From the NCBI RefSeq assembly GCF_964213995.1, contig NW_027590302.1:1-64000 (forward strand): a stretch of DNA of 64,000 nucleotides, given 5' to 3'. Origin of the DNA: Mustelus asterias. Its lineage: Eukaryota. Of this stretch, positions 25,445 through 38,280 are shown piece after piece (position 1 is the first letter of the stretch; every line of letters starts with the position of its first letter). Below the pieces are notes generated by a model, which saw only the letters and a list, made by a program, of their open reading frames with translations, did no database searches and had not been told where the DNA came from. Both the position numbers and the translations under genes were made by a program.

Positions 25445-26143
25445 ACTACAGAGAGATCTTGGGGTCCATATCCACAGATCTCGAATGGTTGCCACTCAAG
25501 TGGATAGAGCTGTGAAGAAGGCCTATAGTGTGTTAGCTTTTATTAACAGGGGGTTGGAGTTTAAGAGCCGTGGGGTTATGCTGCAACTGTACAGGACCTT
25601 GGTGAGACCACATTTGGAATATTGTGTGCAGTTCTGGTCACCTCACTATAAGAAGGATGTGGAAGTGCTGGAAAGAGTGCAGAGGAGATTTACCAGGATG
25701 CTGCCTGGTTTGGAGGGTAGGTCTTATGAGGAAAGGTTGAGGGAGCTAGGGCTGTTCTCTCTGGAGCGGAGGAGGCTGAGGGGAGACTTAATAGAGGTTT
25801 ATAAAATGATGAAGGGGATAGATAGAGTGAACGTTCAAAGACTATTTCCTCGGGTGGATGGAGCTATTACAAGGGGGCATAACTATAGGGTTCGTGGTGG
25901 GAGATATAGGAAGGATATCAGAGGTAGGTTCTTTACGCAGAGAGTGGTTGGGGTGTGGAATGGACTGCCTGCAGTGATAGTGGAGTCAGACACTTTAGGA
26001 ACATTTAAGCGGTTATTGGATAGGCACATGGAGCACACCAGGATGATAGGGAGTGGGATAGCTTGATCTTGGTTTCAGATAAAGATCGGCGCAACATCGT
26101 GGGCCGAAGGGCCTGTTCTGTGCTGTACTGTTCTATGTTCTAT
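25445..26143 (+). mobile_element. Young CR1 LINE, 5'-truncated, ORF2 C-terminus still open
   Basis: ORF 25485-26066; near-identical to 6360-7183. Confidence 0.92.
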
Positions 26144-27459
26144 TTCCGGATTATTCATACATAATTTGTCACATGACCTCCCTCATTCCCAGTGGTCACA
26201 TGAACCGGAATACAGCAGGAGAGGCTAAATAGTGTCTAAAACGTCAAAGCACAATTCTGGAATTGTTCAAATGGACTGGCTGCAGCTTTGAAGACAGAAA
26301 TAGAGTGAACATTTTAAACGATTATGCTTATCAGAACTGGGGAAAATGTTGTAGATGTAACAGGTTTTAAGCATTTGGAGTGACAGCTAAAGACGAGAGG
26401 GCAGAATGAAAAAGGGGCAGGTCAGTAATTCAGTGGAAGACAGGTAGCCCTAAATGATGAAGCCGATGATGGCCCAAGGGGAAGATGTGGTACTGGGACA
26501 GGTGGACAAACAATTAGTAATTGTGGCAGCATTTTACTTATGAAAAACAGAAACATCACCCCAAGGTGCCGTCTAAAATACAAAGAGAAAACAATGTAAA
26601 CTGTTGTATGGTGGAGAATCAGTAAGTGTTGAAAGCAATCTTGATTCCGGGAGGTGAACAAATCTGTTTGTTTTGTTAATGCTGCTGCCACCAGAGTAGT
26701 GAGAGGTTGCTTGGGTTTAATGTTGGGACGAGTTTCAGACTCACAACAGTGTTCAGTTCTTTATTATATTAAAACAAATGAACCGAGCAGCTGTGGAAAC
26801 TCACTATTATTAACAAAAATAGGATGTTTATATTTAACGTAATGTATTCTTATGCGTGGTTAATGTTGCTATTGATGTTGGTAGGTTACAAATATTCAAC
26901 ATTATGGCTGCGATTCTCCCATTGCGCCCCGCCACTTTTCTGGCGGGTCGGGCTGGGAGATGCGCGTGTCGGCCATTTCGTGGTTTCCCCGACAGTTTTT
27001 TTCGACCCGCTCGCATCACCAAGCCAGAGAAAAATGGCGCCGCCGGGAACCCGCTGAAAATCGGCGGGCCGTTGTTTAGCATGAGTTTAAATACTTCTGC
27101 ATGCTATTATCGGAGTCCACACGGCAATCTCCGCACACGTCTGCGTCTCCCAATTCTTTGGCATGATGTAATTTTGGCACGAATCAGAATAGGTATTTAA
27201 AAGTTGCAACCTGGCATGGCAGCCTTGAACTGGCGTGAGGAGGTAAGTGCTGCTAACGGGGCACGAGGGGGGTTGCAGGCAGGCCCTGGAGATGTCTGGT
27301 GGCCTTCCTCCTGCTGCCTTTATGTTTTGGCCCATTGACGAGTGACATCTGTGGGAGGCGTGGGGGTGGGCGGGGGGGGGGGGGGGAGGGGGGCTTCCAT
27401 TTCCTCACAGATCGCTGGGTGATGTTCCATCAGGGAGTCCCGCTCCCCACCGCCCCAAT

Positions 27460-27822
27460 CTACAAAGATATAAAATGAAAAAGTGTGGCTAAAGTAAACA
27501 TTTGTCCTTTAGAGGACGAGAAGGGGGATGTAATAACTGGAAATGAGAAAATGTCTGAGGCATTGAACAGGTATTTTGTGTCAGTCTTCACAGTGGACGA
27601 CGCAAATAACATGCCAAAAATTGATGACAGGAAGGCTATGGAAGGTGAGAACCTAGAAACTATCATTATCACGAAAGAGGTAGTGGTGGGCAGTTTAATG
27701 GGGCTAAAGGTAGACAAGTCTCCTGGTCCTGGTGGAATGCATCCCAGGGTACTAAAAGAGCTGGTGGGAGAAATAGCAAATGCACTAGTGGTAATTAACC
27801 AACATTCGCTGGACTCTGGGGT
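27460..27822 (+). mobile_element. CR1 LINE internal fragment
   Basis: MSEALNRYFVSVFT..LKVDKSPGPGGMHPRVLKE. Confidence 0.85.
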
Positions 27823-28299
27823 TCAGAGTTAAAGATTTCAGAGAAAAGGGAGTTGAAAGCAGGTCCCATGGACAAGATGAACAATCAGAGGCTTTGATGG
27901 GAAATAGGAGAGAGACTGGAGAAAGATGTGAGTTCAGAGCTTGGACACAGAGGAGCTTTACAGACAGTCTGGCCCAGTGGGTGAGTGGAAGAGAAGGAAG
28001 CAGCTGATCAGATTGTCTCAATCCTAATGACAGAAACTCATCAGCTCCTCACACTTTGTTGTTGGAGGTGAGGATGGAGGAGACAAGAGAAAGAGAGAGT
28101 CCTTCAAAAGGAACTAACGTGTTAGAGATATTAGAAAGGCTCGACACAGCATGTTTAAATCAAAGACAACATATTTGATTTTTGTCCAGAATATTAGTCT
28201 CTATAACTGACCTGACGTTTATTAACATCAGCAGAAACAGACCCCATTGGACATAGCTCAGTTCTCAATCTGATTGACAACACAATCCAATCTCTGGAG

Positions 28300-29337
28300 T
28301 TAACTGTGAATTTGCTGGTGTCTCAGCAGATTGGGTGACTGAGTAAATCCCATCGCACACTCAGAACACGTAAATGGTCTCTTTCCAGTGTGAACTCGCT
28401 GGTGTGTCAGCAGGTTGGATGACTGAGTGAATCTCTTCCCACAATCATTGCAGATGAACAGCCTCTCCCCAGTGTGAACTCGCTGGTGTCTGAGCAGTGC
28501 TGATGATTGAGTGAATCTCTTCCCACACTGAGAGCAGGTGAATGGTCTATCTCCAGTGTGAACTCGCTGGTGTCTCAGCAGAGTGTATGACTGAGTGAAT
28601 CCCTCCCCACACTCAGAGCATGTGAATGGTCTATCTCCTGTGTGAGTGCGCTGGTGAACGGTGAGATGAGATGATCGCCTGAACCCAGTTCCGCAGTGAG
28701 AGCATCTGAACGGTCTCTCATCAGTGTGAACTTGTTGATGGTACATCAGTTCCTGAGAGGTTTTATAACACTTCCCACAGTCCAGACATTTAAACGGTCT
28801 CTCGTCAGTGTGACTTCTTTGATGTGTTGTCAGGTTGGATAAATTAATGAATCCTTTCCCACACACGGAGTAGGTGAATGGTCTCTGCCTAGTGTGAACT
28901 CGCTGGTGTGTCAGCAGGGTGGATTGGTGAGTGAATCCCTGCCCACAGTCAGAGCAGGTGAATGGTCTCTCCCCAGTGTGAATTTGCTGGTGTGTCAACA
29001 GCGTGGATGATTGAGTGAATCCCATCCCACACATAGAGCAGGTGAATGGCCTCTGCCCAGTGTGTGTGTGCTGGTGTGTCAGCAGGGTGGATGACTTAAT
29101 GAATTCTTTCCCGCAGTCCGAGCAGGTGAACGGCCTCTCCCCGGTGTGACCACGCTGGTGAGTTTCCAGCTGGGATGTGTAATTGAATCCCTTCCCACAG
29201 TCCTCACATTTCCACAGCTTGTCCCCATCATAATTGCATTTATGTTTTGACAGGTCAGGTGATCGATTGAATCCTTGTCCACACACAGAACACGAATATG
29301 GTTTCTCTCCGCTGTGAACGGTGCTTTTTTCTTCCAT
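28300..29337 (-). CDS. Tandem C2H2 zinc-finger protein ZNF-A (12 fingers, 2 degenerate; no KRAB/SCAN/BTB seen)
   Basis: 345-aa ORF of CxxC..HxxxH repeats with TGERPF linkers; splice acceptor before 29446. Confidence 0.9.
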   Translation of the reverse strand: MEEKSTVHSGEKPYSCSVCGQGFNRSPDLSKHKCNYDGDKLWKCEDCGKGFNYTSQLETHQRGHTGERPFTCSDCGKEFIKSSTLLTHQHTHTGQRPFTCSMCGMGFTQSSTLLTHQQIHTGERPFTCSDCGQGFTHQSTLLTHQRVHTRQRPFTYSVCGKGFINLSNLTTHQRSHTDERPFKCLDCGKCYKTSQELMYHQQVHTDERPFRCSHCGTGFRRSSHLTVHQRTHTGDRPFTCSECGEGFTQSYTLLRHQRVHTGDRPFTCSQCGKRFTQSSALLRHQRVHTGERLFICNDCGKRFTQSSNLLTHQRVHTGKRPFTCSECAMGFTQSPNLLRHQQIHS

Positions 29338-29644
29338 GTTTAAAATATGACAATATTCAGGTTACAATAAATTAGCCGACGGTATCAGTCCCTAATGTGA
29401 TGTTTGGTTTCAGTTTCCCAACTGCAAATCGTCCCCTTCTAAAACCCTGTGAAATTGATTTAAAACAGAAAAAAGGGAGTGAGAGAGAACCCACAAAAAC
29501 ACAAAGACAGGTTGTGAAATTGAGCTGAATGAATCTGGTCACTTGTGGGGCCGGCACTAGGAAAAAGTGACCATGAAAACTGCTGGATTCAATTGATTCA
29601 CTCATGTCCTTCAGGGAAAAACCTGCCAACTTGTCTGGACTCTG

Positions 29645-29890
29645 CACCCAGGTCCTATCCCCGTAGCCCCACATATCCTGTTACTTCCCCGAACCTACAC
29701 ATCTTGGGGCACTAAGGAGCAATTACCATGGCCAATCCACCTAGCCTGCACGTCATTGGACTGTGAGAGGAAACAGGAGCACCCAGATGAAAACCCACGC
29801 AGACACGGGGAGACACAGTCACCCGAGGCTGGAGTTGAACCTGGGTCACTGGAGCTGTGAGGCAGCAGTGCTAACCACTGTGCTGCCCGT
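29645..29890 (-). mobile_element. tRNA-derived V-SINE
   Basis: GAGGCAGCAGTGCTAACCACTGTGCTGCCC (reverse head). Confidence 0.8.
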
Positions 29891-30096
29891 TTTCAAAGAA
29901 CTGTAACAATTTTGTGAAATGTCTGGGACTATTTTATTTTGTTAAAGACACAGTATGAATACAAATTATCTTCGCTGCCCTGATTTTGTTGTTCTGCTCA
30001 TCAGTAAGAAATTGGAAGTGAAAGAGTGAAGCACTTTGATGGACAAGTTGTTCAAATTCTGTCACTGGGAAGAATTTCAAAACATTGCCCCTAACA

Positions 30097-30120
30097 AACA
30101 TGGCGGCTACGCATGCGCCC
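30097..30120. promoter_or_regulatory. Putative ZNF-A promoter (YY1 + NRF1 motifs)
   Basis: AACATGGCGGC followed by CGCATGCGC in a CpG-rich patch. Confidence 0.55.
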
Positions 30121-30359
30121 TACTGTTCCACCTCTTTCTCCAATTCCTCTCCGATCCCCCATCCGCCAAGGAACAGCAGCCGGGCAGAGCGGGCAAGAGG
30201 TGACACCCAGGGGGAGCAGCAGCCGAGAGGGTTACAGCGAACCCTGGTGGACTGGAGGGGAAACAGCAGTAGCACAGTCTCTGCCCAAAGGCTTTCGCTG
30301 TTCAGCTGCTCAAAGACTCTGAGAACCTCTTCAAATGTAAACTTCAGCTTCTCACATTC

Positions 30360-30470
30360 ACCTATCCATCCCTTCCTCCATCCATCTCGCCCTCCCTCCA
30401 TCCATCCCTCTCCCTCCATCCACCCCTCCTTCCATCCATCTCACCATCCCTCCCTCTCTCCATCCATCCT
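30360..30470. repeat. Degenerate (CCAT/CCCT)n microsatellite
   Basis: Pyrimidine-rich tetranucleotide run. Confidence 0.75.
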
Positions 30471-30761
30471 TCCTGATAACAAGAACCATTCACTCTGCAC
30501 AGCAGTTTCATCCTCATTCCTCCAGTCTGTATTCCAGCCTTCATCACATCCACTCTGCTCCCAGATATTTTAGACCAATAGATATTACAACTCAAACTTC
30601 ACAATCTCTACAATTTAATATTTGTTTGGTAACCTTATAGACAGCAGAGAAATCATCAATTCCAAACCAACCCGAGCTCGAGGATATATTTATACATTTT
30701 CTCATTTCACAATAAAACCCACGCACTGAGTTTCAAATTTGCTTCTGTCATTATTTTAGTG

Positions 30762-32012
30762 ATGATGTGGAGATGCCGGCGTTGGACTGGGGTGAACACA
30801 GTAAGAAGTCTAACAACACCAGGTTAAAGTCCAACAGGATTATTTGGTAGCAAAAGCCACTAGCTTTCGGAGCGCTGCTCCTTCGTCAGGTAAGTGGGAG
30901 TTCTGTTCACAAACAGAGCATATAAAGACACAACTCAATTTACAGAATAATGGTTGGAATGCGAGTCTTTACAACTAATCAAGTCTTAAAGGTACAGACA
31001 ATATGAGTGGAGAGAGGGTTAAGCACAGGTTAAAGAGATGTGTATTGTCTCCAGCCAGGACAGTTTGTGAGATTTTGCAAGCCCAGGCAAGTTGTGGGGG
31101 TTACAGAGAGTGTGACATGAACCCAAGATGCCGGTTGAGGCCGTCCTCATGTGTGCGGAACCTGGCTATCAGTCTCTGCTCAGCGACGCTGCACTATCGT
31201 GTGTCTTGAAGGCCGCCTTGGAGAACGCTTACCCGAACATCAGAGGCCGAATGCCCGTGACCGCTGAAGTGTTCCCCAACAGGAAGAGAACACTCTTGCC
31301 TGGTGATTGTCGAGCGCTGTTCATTCATCCGTTGTCACAGTGTCTGCATGGTTTCCCCGATGTACCATGCCTCGGGACATCCTTTCCTGCAGCGTATCAG
31401 GTAGACAACATTGGCCGAGTTGCAAGTGTATGTACTGTGCACCTGGTGGATGGTGTTCTCACGTGAGATGATGGCATCCGTGTCGATGATCTGGCATGTC
31501 GTGCAGAGGTTGCTGTGGCAGGGTTGTTTGGTGTCGTGGTCAGTGTTCTCCTGAAGGCTGGGTAGTTTGCTGCAGACAATCGTCTGTTTGAGATTGTGCG
31601 GTTGTTTGAAGGCAAGAAGTGGGGGTGTGGGGACGGCCTAGGTGAGATGTTCGTCTTCATCAATGACATGTTGAAGGCTCCGGAGACGATGTCGTAGCTT
31701 CTCCGCTCTGGGGAAGTACTGGACGACGAAGGGTATTCTGTCCACCGTGTCCCGTGTTTGTCTTCTGAGGAGGTCGGTGCGGTTTTTCACTGTGGCGCGC
31801 CGGAACTGTCGATCGATGAGTCGAGCGCCATATCCTGTTCTTATGAACAGGATTATGTAAATTATTTTGTAAATTGAGTTTGTGTCTTTATATGCCCTGT
31901 TTGTGAACAGAACTCCCACTTTCCTGATGAAGGGGCAGCGCTCCGAAAGCTAGTAGTTTGTGCTACTAAATAAACCTGTTGGACTTTAACCTGGTGTTGT
32001 GAGACTTCTCAC
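30762..32012 (-). mobile_element. Penelope-like retroelement (GIY-YIG), 5'-truncated, with inverted terminal repeat
   Basis: TCNSANVVYLIRCRKGCPEAWYIGETMQTL on the - strand; ~30800-30950 inverted at ~31860-32012; TSD ATTATTTTARTG (30750-30761, 32013-32024). Confidence 0.9.
30857..30893 (-). ncRNA. Minimal type I hammerhead ribozyme motif, intact core
   Basis: TTAC-CTGACGA-A-GGAGC-AGC-GCTCC-GAAA-GCT-A-GTGG. Confidence 0.7.
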
Positions 32013-33452
32013 ATTATTTTAATGCCCAGCAGATTATTTGGACTGAAATTGGTCTCAGTGTGTCTCTGTGTTGTGAGTGTGTGTGTATTTGTGGAAGTCA
32101 GAGTGTTTTTTTGTCTGCATGTCTGTGTGTGCGAGTTTGCCTGTGTCTGTCTGAGAGTGTATGTCTGTGAATGTGTTTGTCTTCGAACTCGCCTGTTGCT
32201 ATTTCTGAGGTTAGTTTCAACTCTCTAAATAGATTCGTCTGCGTTAATATAAAAAAATAGGAACAAGAAAAATATAGCAGCACAATCCTCCAACGTTTCT
32301 ATGTTTGAAAATGACCCTTCAGTCGCCTGAGGGTTCAGTGATCTCCCAGGTAGAAGCCATTTACCTCACTTCGCCACTAGAGGGAGCTCCCTCACTGTGA
32401 TTGTGTGGAATGAAGGAGTCTTGTGTTATTGTCAATATCTTCATGTTTAAAAGATGTTTTTGTTAAAAGCTCATTGTCCGTCCAGTGACTCTGTTCATCC
32501 ACATTTCTAAAACAAAAAGGTAAAGGTTACGGTCAATTGAGCCAGGGTTTTATTCTGGGACCTTCCTGCCCAGAAGTAACATCAGCTGGGATTGTAACTT
32601 AGCAGCAGAAACCCATCTTCTGTTCTATTCCCCCAATTCCCACAAAATAGTTTTTAGATTTGGGTGAGTTTGTATAAAATTGACAACGGTGGAGATTCAA
32701 GACACTTAACAAGTGAATAAAGGCAAAAGATTCCACAGATTCTGCACAAACAAAATAAACTTTACTATACAGTGAGAAAGGGAAAACAAGTTACAATATG
32801 TGGAAGGTAAAACATTCAAGGACTTTAGAGAGGAAAGGGAGATGGGATGGTAGTTTACAAGGGCATGTGTCAAAGATATTTTATTGAGAAGTGGGTGATG
32901 ATATCGGATTTGAAGGAGAGGAAGATATTGACAATATCAGCTGATGTAGAGAAGTTGTGCTGTCAGTAGCTCAGTGGGAATAGGATTGAGGGATCAAGAG
33001 ATGGGTCTCATGGACAAGATGAGCTCTAAGAGGACATGAGGGGAGGCAGGAGAGAAACTGCAGAAAGATGAGAGTTCAGAGCTCAGATAAAGGGGAGCGT
33101 TAGAGGAGGTTTGTTCCAGTGGGTTAGGGGAAGGAGGGAAGCAGTAGAGGCAGCTGATTGGATTGTCTCAAACTTAGTGACAAAGAAGATTGTGAGTTTT
33201 ATTCCCAATGAGCACTTGTGGGGAGGTGAAGATGGAAGAGGGACAAAGGGAGAGCAACTCAAAAGGAATTCAGTTGTGCTGATGATATTAAAAAGATTCA
33301 CAGTACTGAACACAAAGATAATTTATTTGACTTTTATTCAGAATATTAAACAGTATAACTGGCTGGAGTTCATTAACATCAACAAAAACAAACGCAATGA
33401 ACATATTACAGTCCTGGATAGGATTAACAGCAGATTCCAATCACCATGGTTA

Positions 33453-34317
33453 CTAGTGAATTCTTTCGTGTCTCAGCAGGTAGGATGACTGAGTGAATCT
33501 CTTCCCACTCTCAGAGCAGGTGAATGGCCTTTCCCCAGTGTGAGCTCGCTTGTGTCTCAGCAGGCTGGAGGACTGAATGAATCCCTTCCCATATTCAGAG
33601 CAGGTGAATGGCCTTTCCCCAGTGTGGGTGCGCTGGTGTAGAATGAGGTCATATGATCGCCTGAACCCAGTCCCGCAGTGAGAGCACCTGAACGGTCTCT
33701 CATCAGTGTGAACACGTTGATGGGAAGTCAGTTCATCAGAACTTTTAGAGCACTTCTCAGTCAGAGCATTTAATAGGTCTCTCCCCAGTGTGAATACGCT
33801 GGTGTGTCATTAGTTGGGATGACCGAGTGAATCCCTTTCCACACTCGAAGCAGGTGAATGGCCTCTCCCCAGTGTGAATTCGCTGGTGTACAGTGAGGTT
33901 ATGTGAATGCTTGAACCCAATCCCACAGTGAGAGCACCTGAACAGTCTCTCATCAGTATGAACACGTTGATGGGACATCAGTTCCCAATAACTTTTGAAG
34001 CACTTCCCACAGTCTGAGCATTTAAAAGGTCTCTCCCCAGTGTGAACTCGTTGATGAGCAAGTAGATTGGATGACTGAGTGAATCCCTTCCCACACTCAG
34101 AGCAGGTGAATGGCCTCTCCCCAGTGTGACTGCGCCGATGAATTTCCAGCTGGGATGGGTAATTAAATTCCTTCCCACAGTTCACACATTTCCACAGTTT
34201 TTCCAAGGAGTGATTGCACTTACGTTTTGACAGGCCAGAGGATCGGCTGAAGCCTCGTCCACACACAGAACCTGTGTACGGTTTCTCCCCACTGGGAACA
34301 GTGCTTTTTCCTTCCAT
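33453..34317 (-). pseudogene. C2H2 zinc-finger gene ZNF-B, frameshifted/truncated
   Basis: ORF stops at IKCSD* (33757) where a small deletion breaks CGK; further fingers continue in another frame to ~33453. Confidence 0.82.
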
Positions 34318-34649
34318 GTTCAAAATCCACTGATATTCAGTTATGATAAATTAGACGACTCTGGCAGTTCCTGATATGATATTTACTTTCAGTTTCCTGA
34401 CTGCAAATCGTCCCCTTCTAGTCCCTGTGAAACTGATTTAAAACAGAAAAAAGGGGATTGAGAGTGAACCCATAGAGACAGGTGATGAATAGAATCCAAA
34501 CCGAAGCAACAATAAATAAAACACGCAGGAGGCCAGGAACTGAGTATCGTCGAGATATTCAGCAGACTAGGCAGCCTGTGAGAGTTACAAACAGAATTGA
34601 GGGCTCCGGTTGCTGACTTGCCCTCAGTCTATAATGAAACATCTAGAGT

Positions 34650-34730
34650 CACGCACTGACTAATGGCGGTCGCATTTCCCACAATGCTCTGCGCCCCAGA
34701 AACCCCTCTATTCAAAAGTTGCTCACCGTA
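34650..34730. promoter_or_regulatory. Putative ZNF-B promoter/first exon
   Basis: AATGGCGG (YY1-like) and TTCCCACAATGC (ZNF143-like). Confidence 0.45.
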
Positions 34731-35780
34731 AATCACTAATCATAGAATCCTTACAGTGCAGAAAGAGGCCATTTTACCCATCGAGTCTGTACTGATTCTG
34801 AGAGCATCTTTCCCAGGCTCACCCCCTATCCCAGTAACCCCACGCACTTACTCTGCTATTCCCCATCCTGACCTTTTTCTTCACCCTGCCTGCAACCGCA
34901 ACAATATATTCTGTACCCGACTCTGTTCCTTTCCCCCTGTGTACTTTACCAAGTTATGACTTTTTTCTGTATAACACGCAAGAAATAATTTTCACTGTAT
35001 CCCAGAACACGCAACAATAATAAATCAAATTAGACCCTACACATCTTGGGACACTAAGGGACAAATTTAACATGGTCAATTCACCGAACCTGCACATCTT
35101 TGGGCAGTGAGAGGAAACCAGAGCACCCAGAGGAAATGCACACAGACAGGGGGAGATTGTGCAAACTCCACACCTGAGGTGAAGATGTTGGACTGGGGTG
35201 GGCACAGTAAGAAGTCTCACAACATCAGGTTATTTGGAACCACGAGCTTTTGGAGAGCTGATGAAGGAGCAACTTTGACAAACGGTCATCTGGACTCAAA
35301 ATGTCAGTTCTTTACTCTCTTTACAGATGCTGCCAGACCTGCTGAGATTTTCCAGCATTTTCTCTTTTGGTTTCAGATTCCAGCATCCGCAGTAATTTGC
35401 ATTGATTCCAAATGAATTTATTGGAATTTAACCTGATATTGTGAGACTTCTTACTGTGTAAACTCCACACAGTCACACACCCACGGCTGGAGTCGAACCC
35501 TGGCGTTGTGAGGCAGCAGTGCTAACCACTGTGCCACAGTGATGGGAGTTTGCCGCAAATTTTGGGTGATAACAATGGGCTGGATGTTGCTCAGAATGTG
35601 GAGCACTGCAGCAAAGTACACAGAGACAGAGACAGAGCAGCAGACTGGACTGAGAAATGGAGTCTGCAGACTGGAACTGGCAGCATGAGGAGAGGTTATT
35701 TAGTCTAACACTCACAGCAATCTACAACCCACCCCCATTACCGAGACAGTGAGACAGAGATTACAAAGAGATTACGCCGT

Positions 35781-36112
35781 GGGCGGCACGGTAGCACAGT
35801 GGTTAGCACTGCTGCTTCACAGCTCCAGGGTCCCGGGTTCGATTCCCGGCTCGGGTCACTGTCTGTGTGGAGTTTGCACATTCTCCTCGTGTCTGCGTGG
35901 GTTTCCTCCGGGTGCTCCGGTTTCCTCCCACAGTCCAAAGATGTGCGGGTTAGGTTGATTGGTCAGGTTTAAAAATTGCCCCTTAGAGTCCTGGGATGCG
36001 TAGGTTAGAGGGATTAGCGGGTGAATATGTGGGGATAGGGCCTGGGTGGGATTGTGGTCGGTGCAGACTCGATGGGCCGAATGGCCTCCTTCTGCACTGT
36101 AGGGGTTTCTAT
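35781..36112 (+). mobile_element. Young full-length V-SINE (HE1-like)
   Basis: Near-identical to 50488-50818 and 15903-16230. Confidence 0.9.
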
Positions 36113-38137
36113 GAAACACTCACCAACACAGCTCCACTGAAACGTCCCAGGAAAAAGGGGGAATCTGTGGCAGTTCCTGTCCTGATATAACCCCAGGACT
36201 GTCACTCAAACCCCCAACCCGGCCCAGTTCACAGCTCAGCCTCTCAGCTTGCAGCTTCCTGCACCTCGAGCCAACCTTGAACAGGTGTGGGAGGGTCTGT
36301 GGAACCACAGAATGGGGGGAGGGGTGACCTCCTGCTGTGTCCCAAATAGTTTGTCCTTCCCCTCCCCCTTGGCGCTCTAAGCTCTCAATGTGGACAGATT
36401 GCTGGACTTTGCTGAGCCTCACTGAGCTGCGCCTGTCCCTTATCCTGGGTCACCCCCTCTCCCTGGGTTTAGTGTGTGTGAAATCGCTGCTTGTTTCCCT
36501 GCTGAACCTTCAGTTAAACACAAACAGAAAATGCTGGAGAACCTCAGCATTTCTGGCAGCACCTATGATCATCCAGACTGGAAGCATTAACTCTATTCGC
36601 TCACCACAGATGCAGTCAGATCCGCTGAGATTTCCAGCATTTTCTGTTTCAGATTCCAGCACCCGCAGTGTTTTGCTTTTATCTTCATTTAAACAAGCAT
36701 TCTTTGATGGCCTTTACCCTGGTTGCTCCTTTCCAGAGCTTCCCACCTTCTGCTATTGTCCCTGACTCCCACATTAACCCTGTCATTCCTCCCCTTTACC
36801 CCGTTCACCCTGTCTAAAGTCAGGCTCAGAGTTTTCCCGCCATCTCCCCCTCCCCCAGCCTCCACATCCCAACACCCGGAATCTCTAACCCAGCGGTTCC
36901 AGTTTGTCTGGTTTGAGTTCAGATTTGCCGCAGCACCGACAGGATTTCACTTCAAACCAGCCGGAACTGACTGCTCACAAATCCCTAAATGTTTCTCCAG
37001 CAGCCCGGGCTTGTTAACGTTGTTTCAAGTCAGTTTCAGTTACTCTCCTCAGTTTAAAAAACTTCTCCATTTAATTTAAAATATTACTCGCACCAGACAC
37101 AAACATAAAACAGTGAACATTATCCCCCCACCCTGACCCGAGCTGGAGTGTCCCGAGGAAGAGACATCTGTTCCGGGTGTTACAATTCTTCGACATTCTC
37201 TGTGACATAAAGCAGGAAACGCTGGAAATACTCAACAAGTCAGGCAGCCTCTGTGGAGAGAGAAACAGACTGAATGTGACCTGTCATCGGAACTGGGAAA
37301 TATAATATTATTTCTCGCAACTAAAAGAGAGACTTTACAGCCTTCAGAACAAAACTGAGTCCAACAATTTTACACCACAATCTCTGCCCCCAGTGTGTTC
37401 TGTGTTTCGTTGTTGCTTTTTTCACCTCATTTCCCTCTTGTTTTCTTTACTTTGCATTCGGACTATTGCTAACCGGCTATTCACACCTCATCCAGATCAT
37501 CTTTTGTGCATTTACTTGTCCCATTAACACTCGTTTTGGTCTTGGGCTGTGAATCATGTTATCAGTTTGCAGATTTTTCATTTTGTTCTTCTCCACCTCC
37601 CTCTCTCCCTTCTTCACGGGTCTGGCTTTCCCTGTGTGGCTCCGGAGAACGAGCGGATTTAAGACGTCTGAAAGAGAGAGAGTGAGATGTTTTTTTTCTC
37701 TCAGAGGGTCTTTGGTCTGTGGAATTCTCTTCCCCAGAGAGCAGTGGAGACAGAGTCATTGAATATTTTTAAGGTTGATTCATTGGATTCTTGAGAGGAA
37801 AGTGGAGTTTTGGCCACAGTCAGATCAGCCGGGATCTTATCTGGAGCAGAGCAGCCCAAAGGTCGACTGCTGCTCCTGATTCATATGGATGTTTAACTGT
37901 GTGTTTTACTCTGTTTCTGCCTCCACACAAACTGCCGGGCCTATAGACTCTTTGTGGCGTTGACTGTTTTATTTCAGATTTTAACACTCTGTAACCTCAC
38001 GGGAAGCTATTGCAGAAGATACGGAGGCATGGGATTGAGGGTGATTTAGCGGTTTGGATCAGGAATTGGCTCGCTGTAAGAAGATTTTAAACTCTCTGGG
38101 AACTGTGCCCAGGGACACACACACACACAGTGTGTCC

Positions 38138-38280
38138 CTGGATTACTGCTCTGTAACATATCACTGTGTAATCCAACAATTAATCCAGTTCTCCTGGATT
38201 ACTGCTCTGTAACATATCACTGTGTAATCCAACAATTAATCCAGTTCTCCTGGATTGCTGCTCTGTTACATTTCACTGTG
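38138..38280. repeat. 56-bp tandem repeat, ~2.5 copies
   Basis: CTGGATTACTGCTCTGTAACATATCACTGTG.. starts at 38138, 38194 and 38250. Confidence 0.9.
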
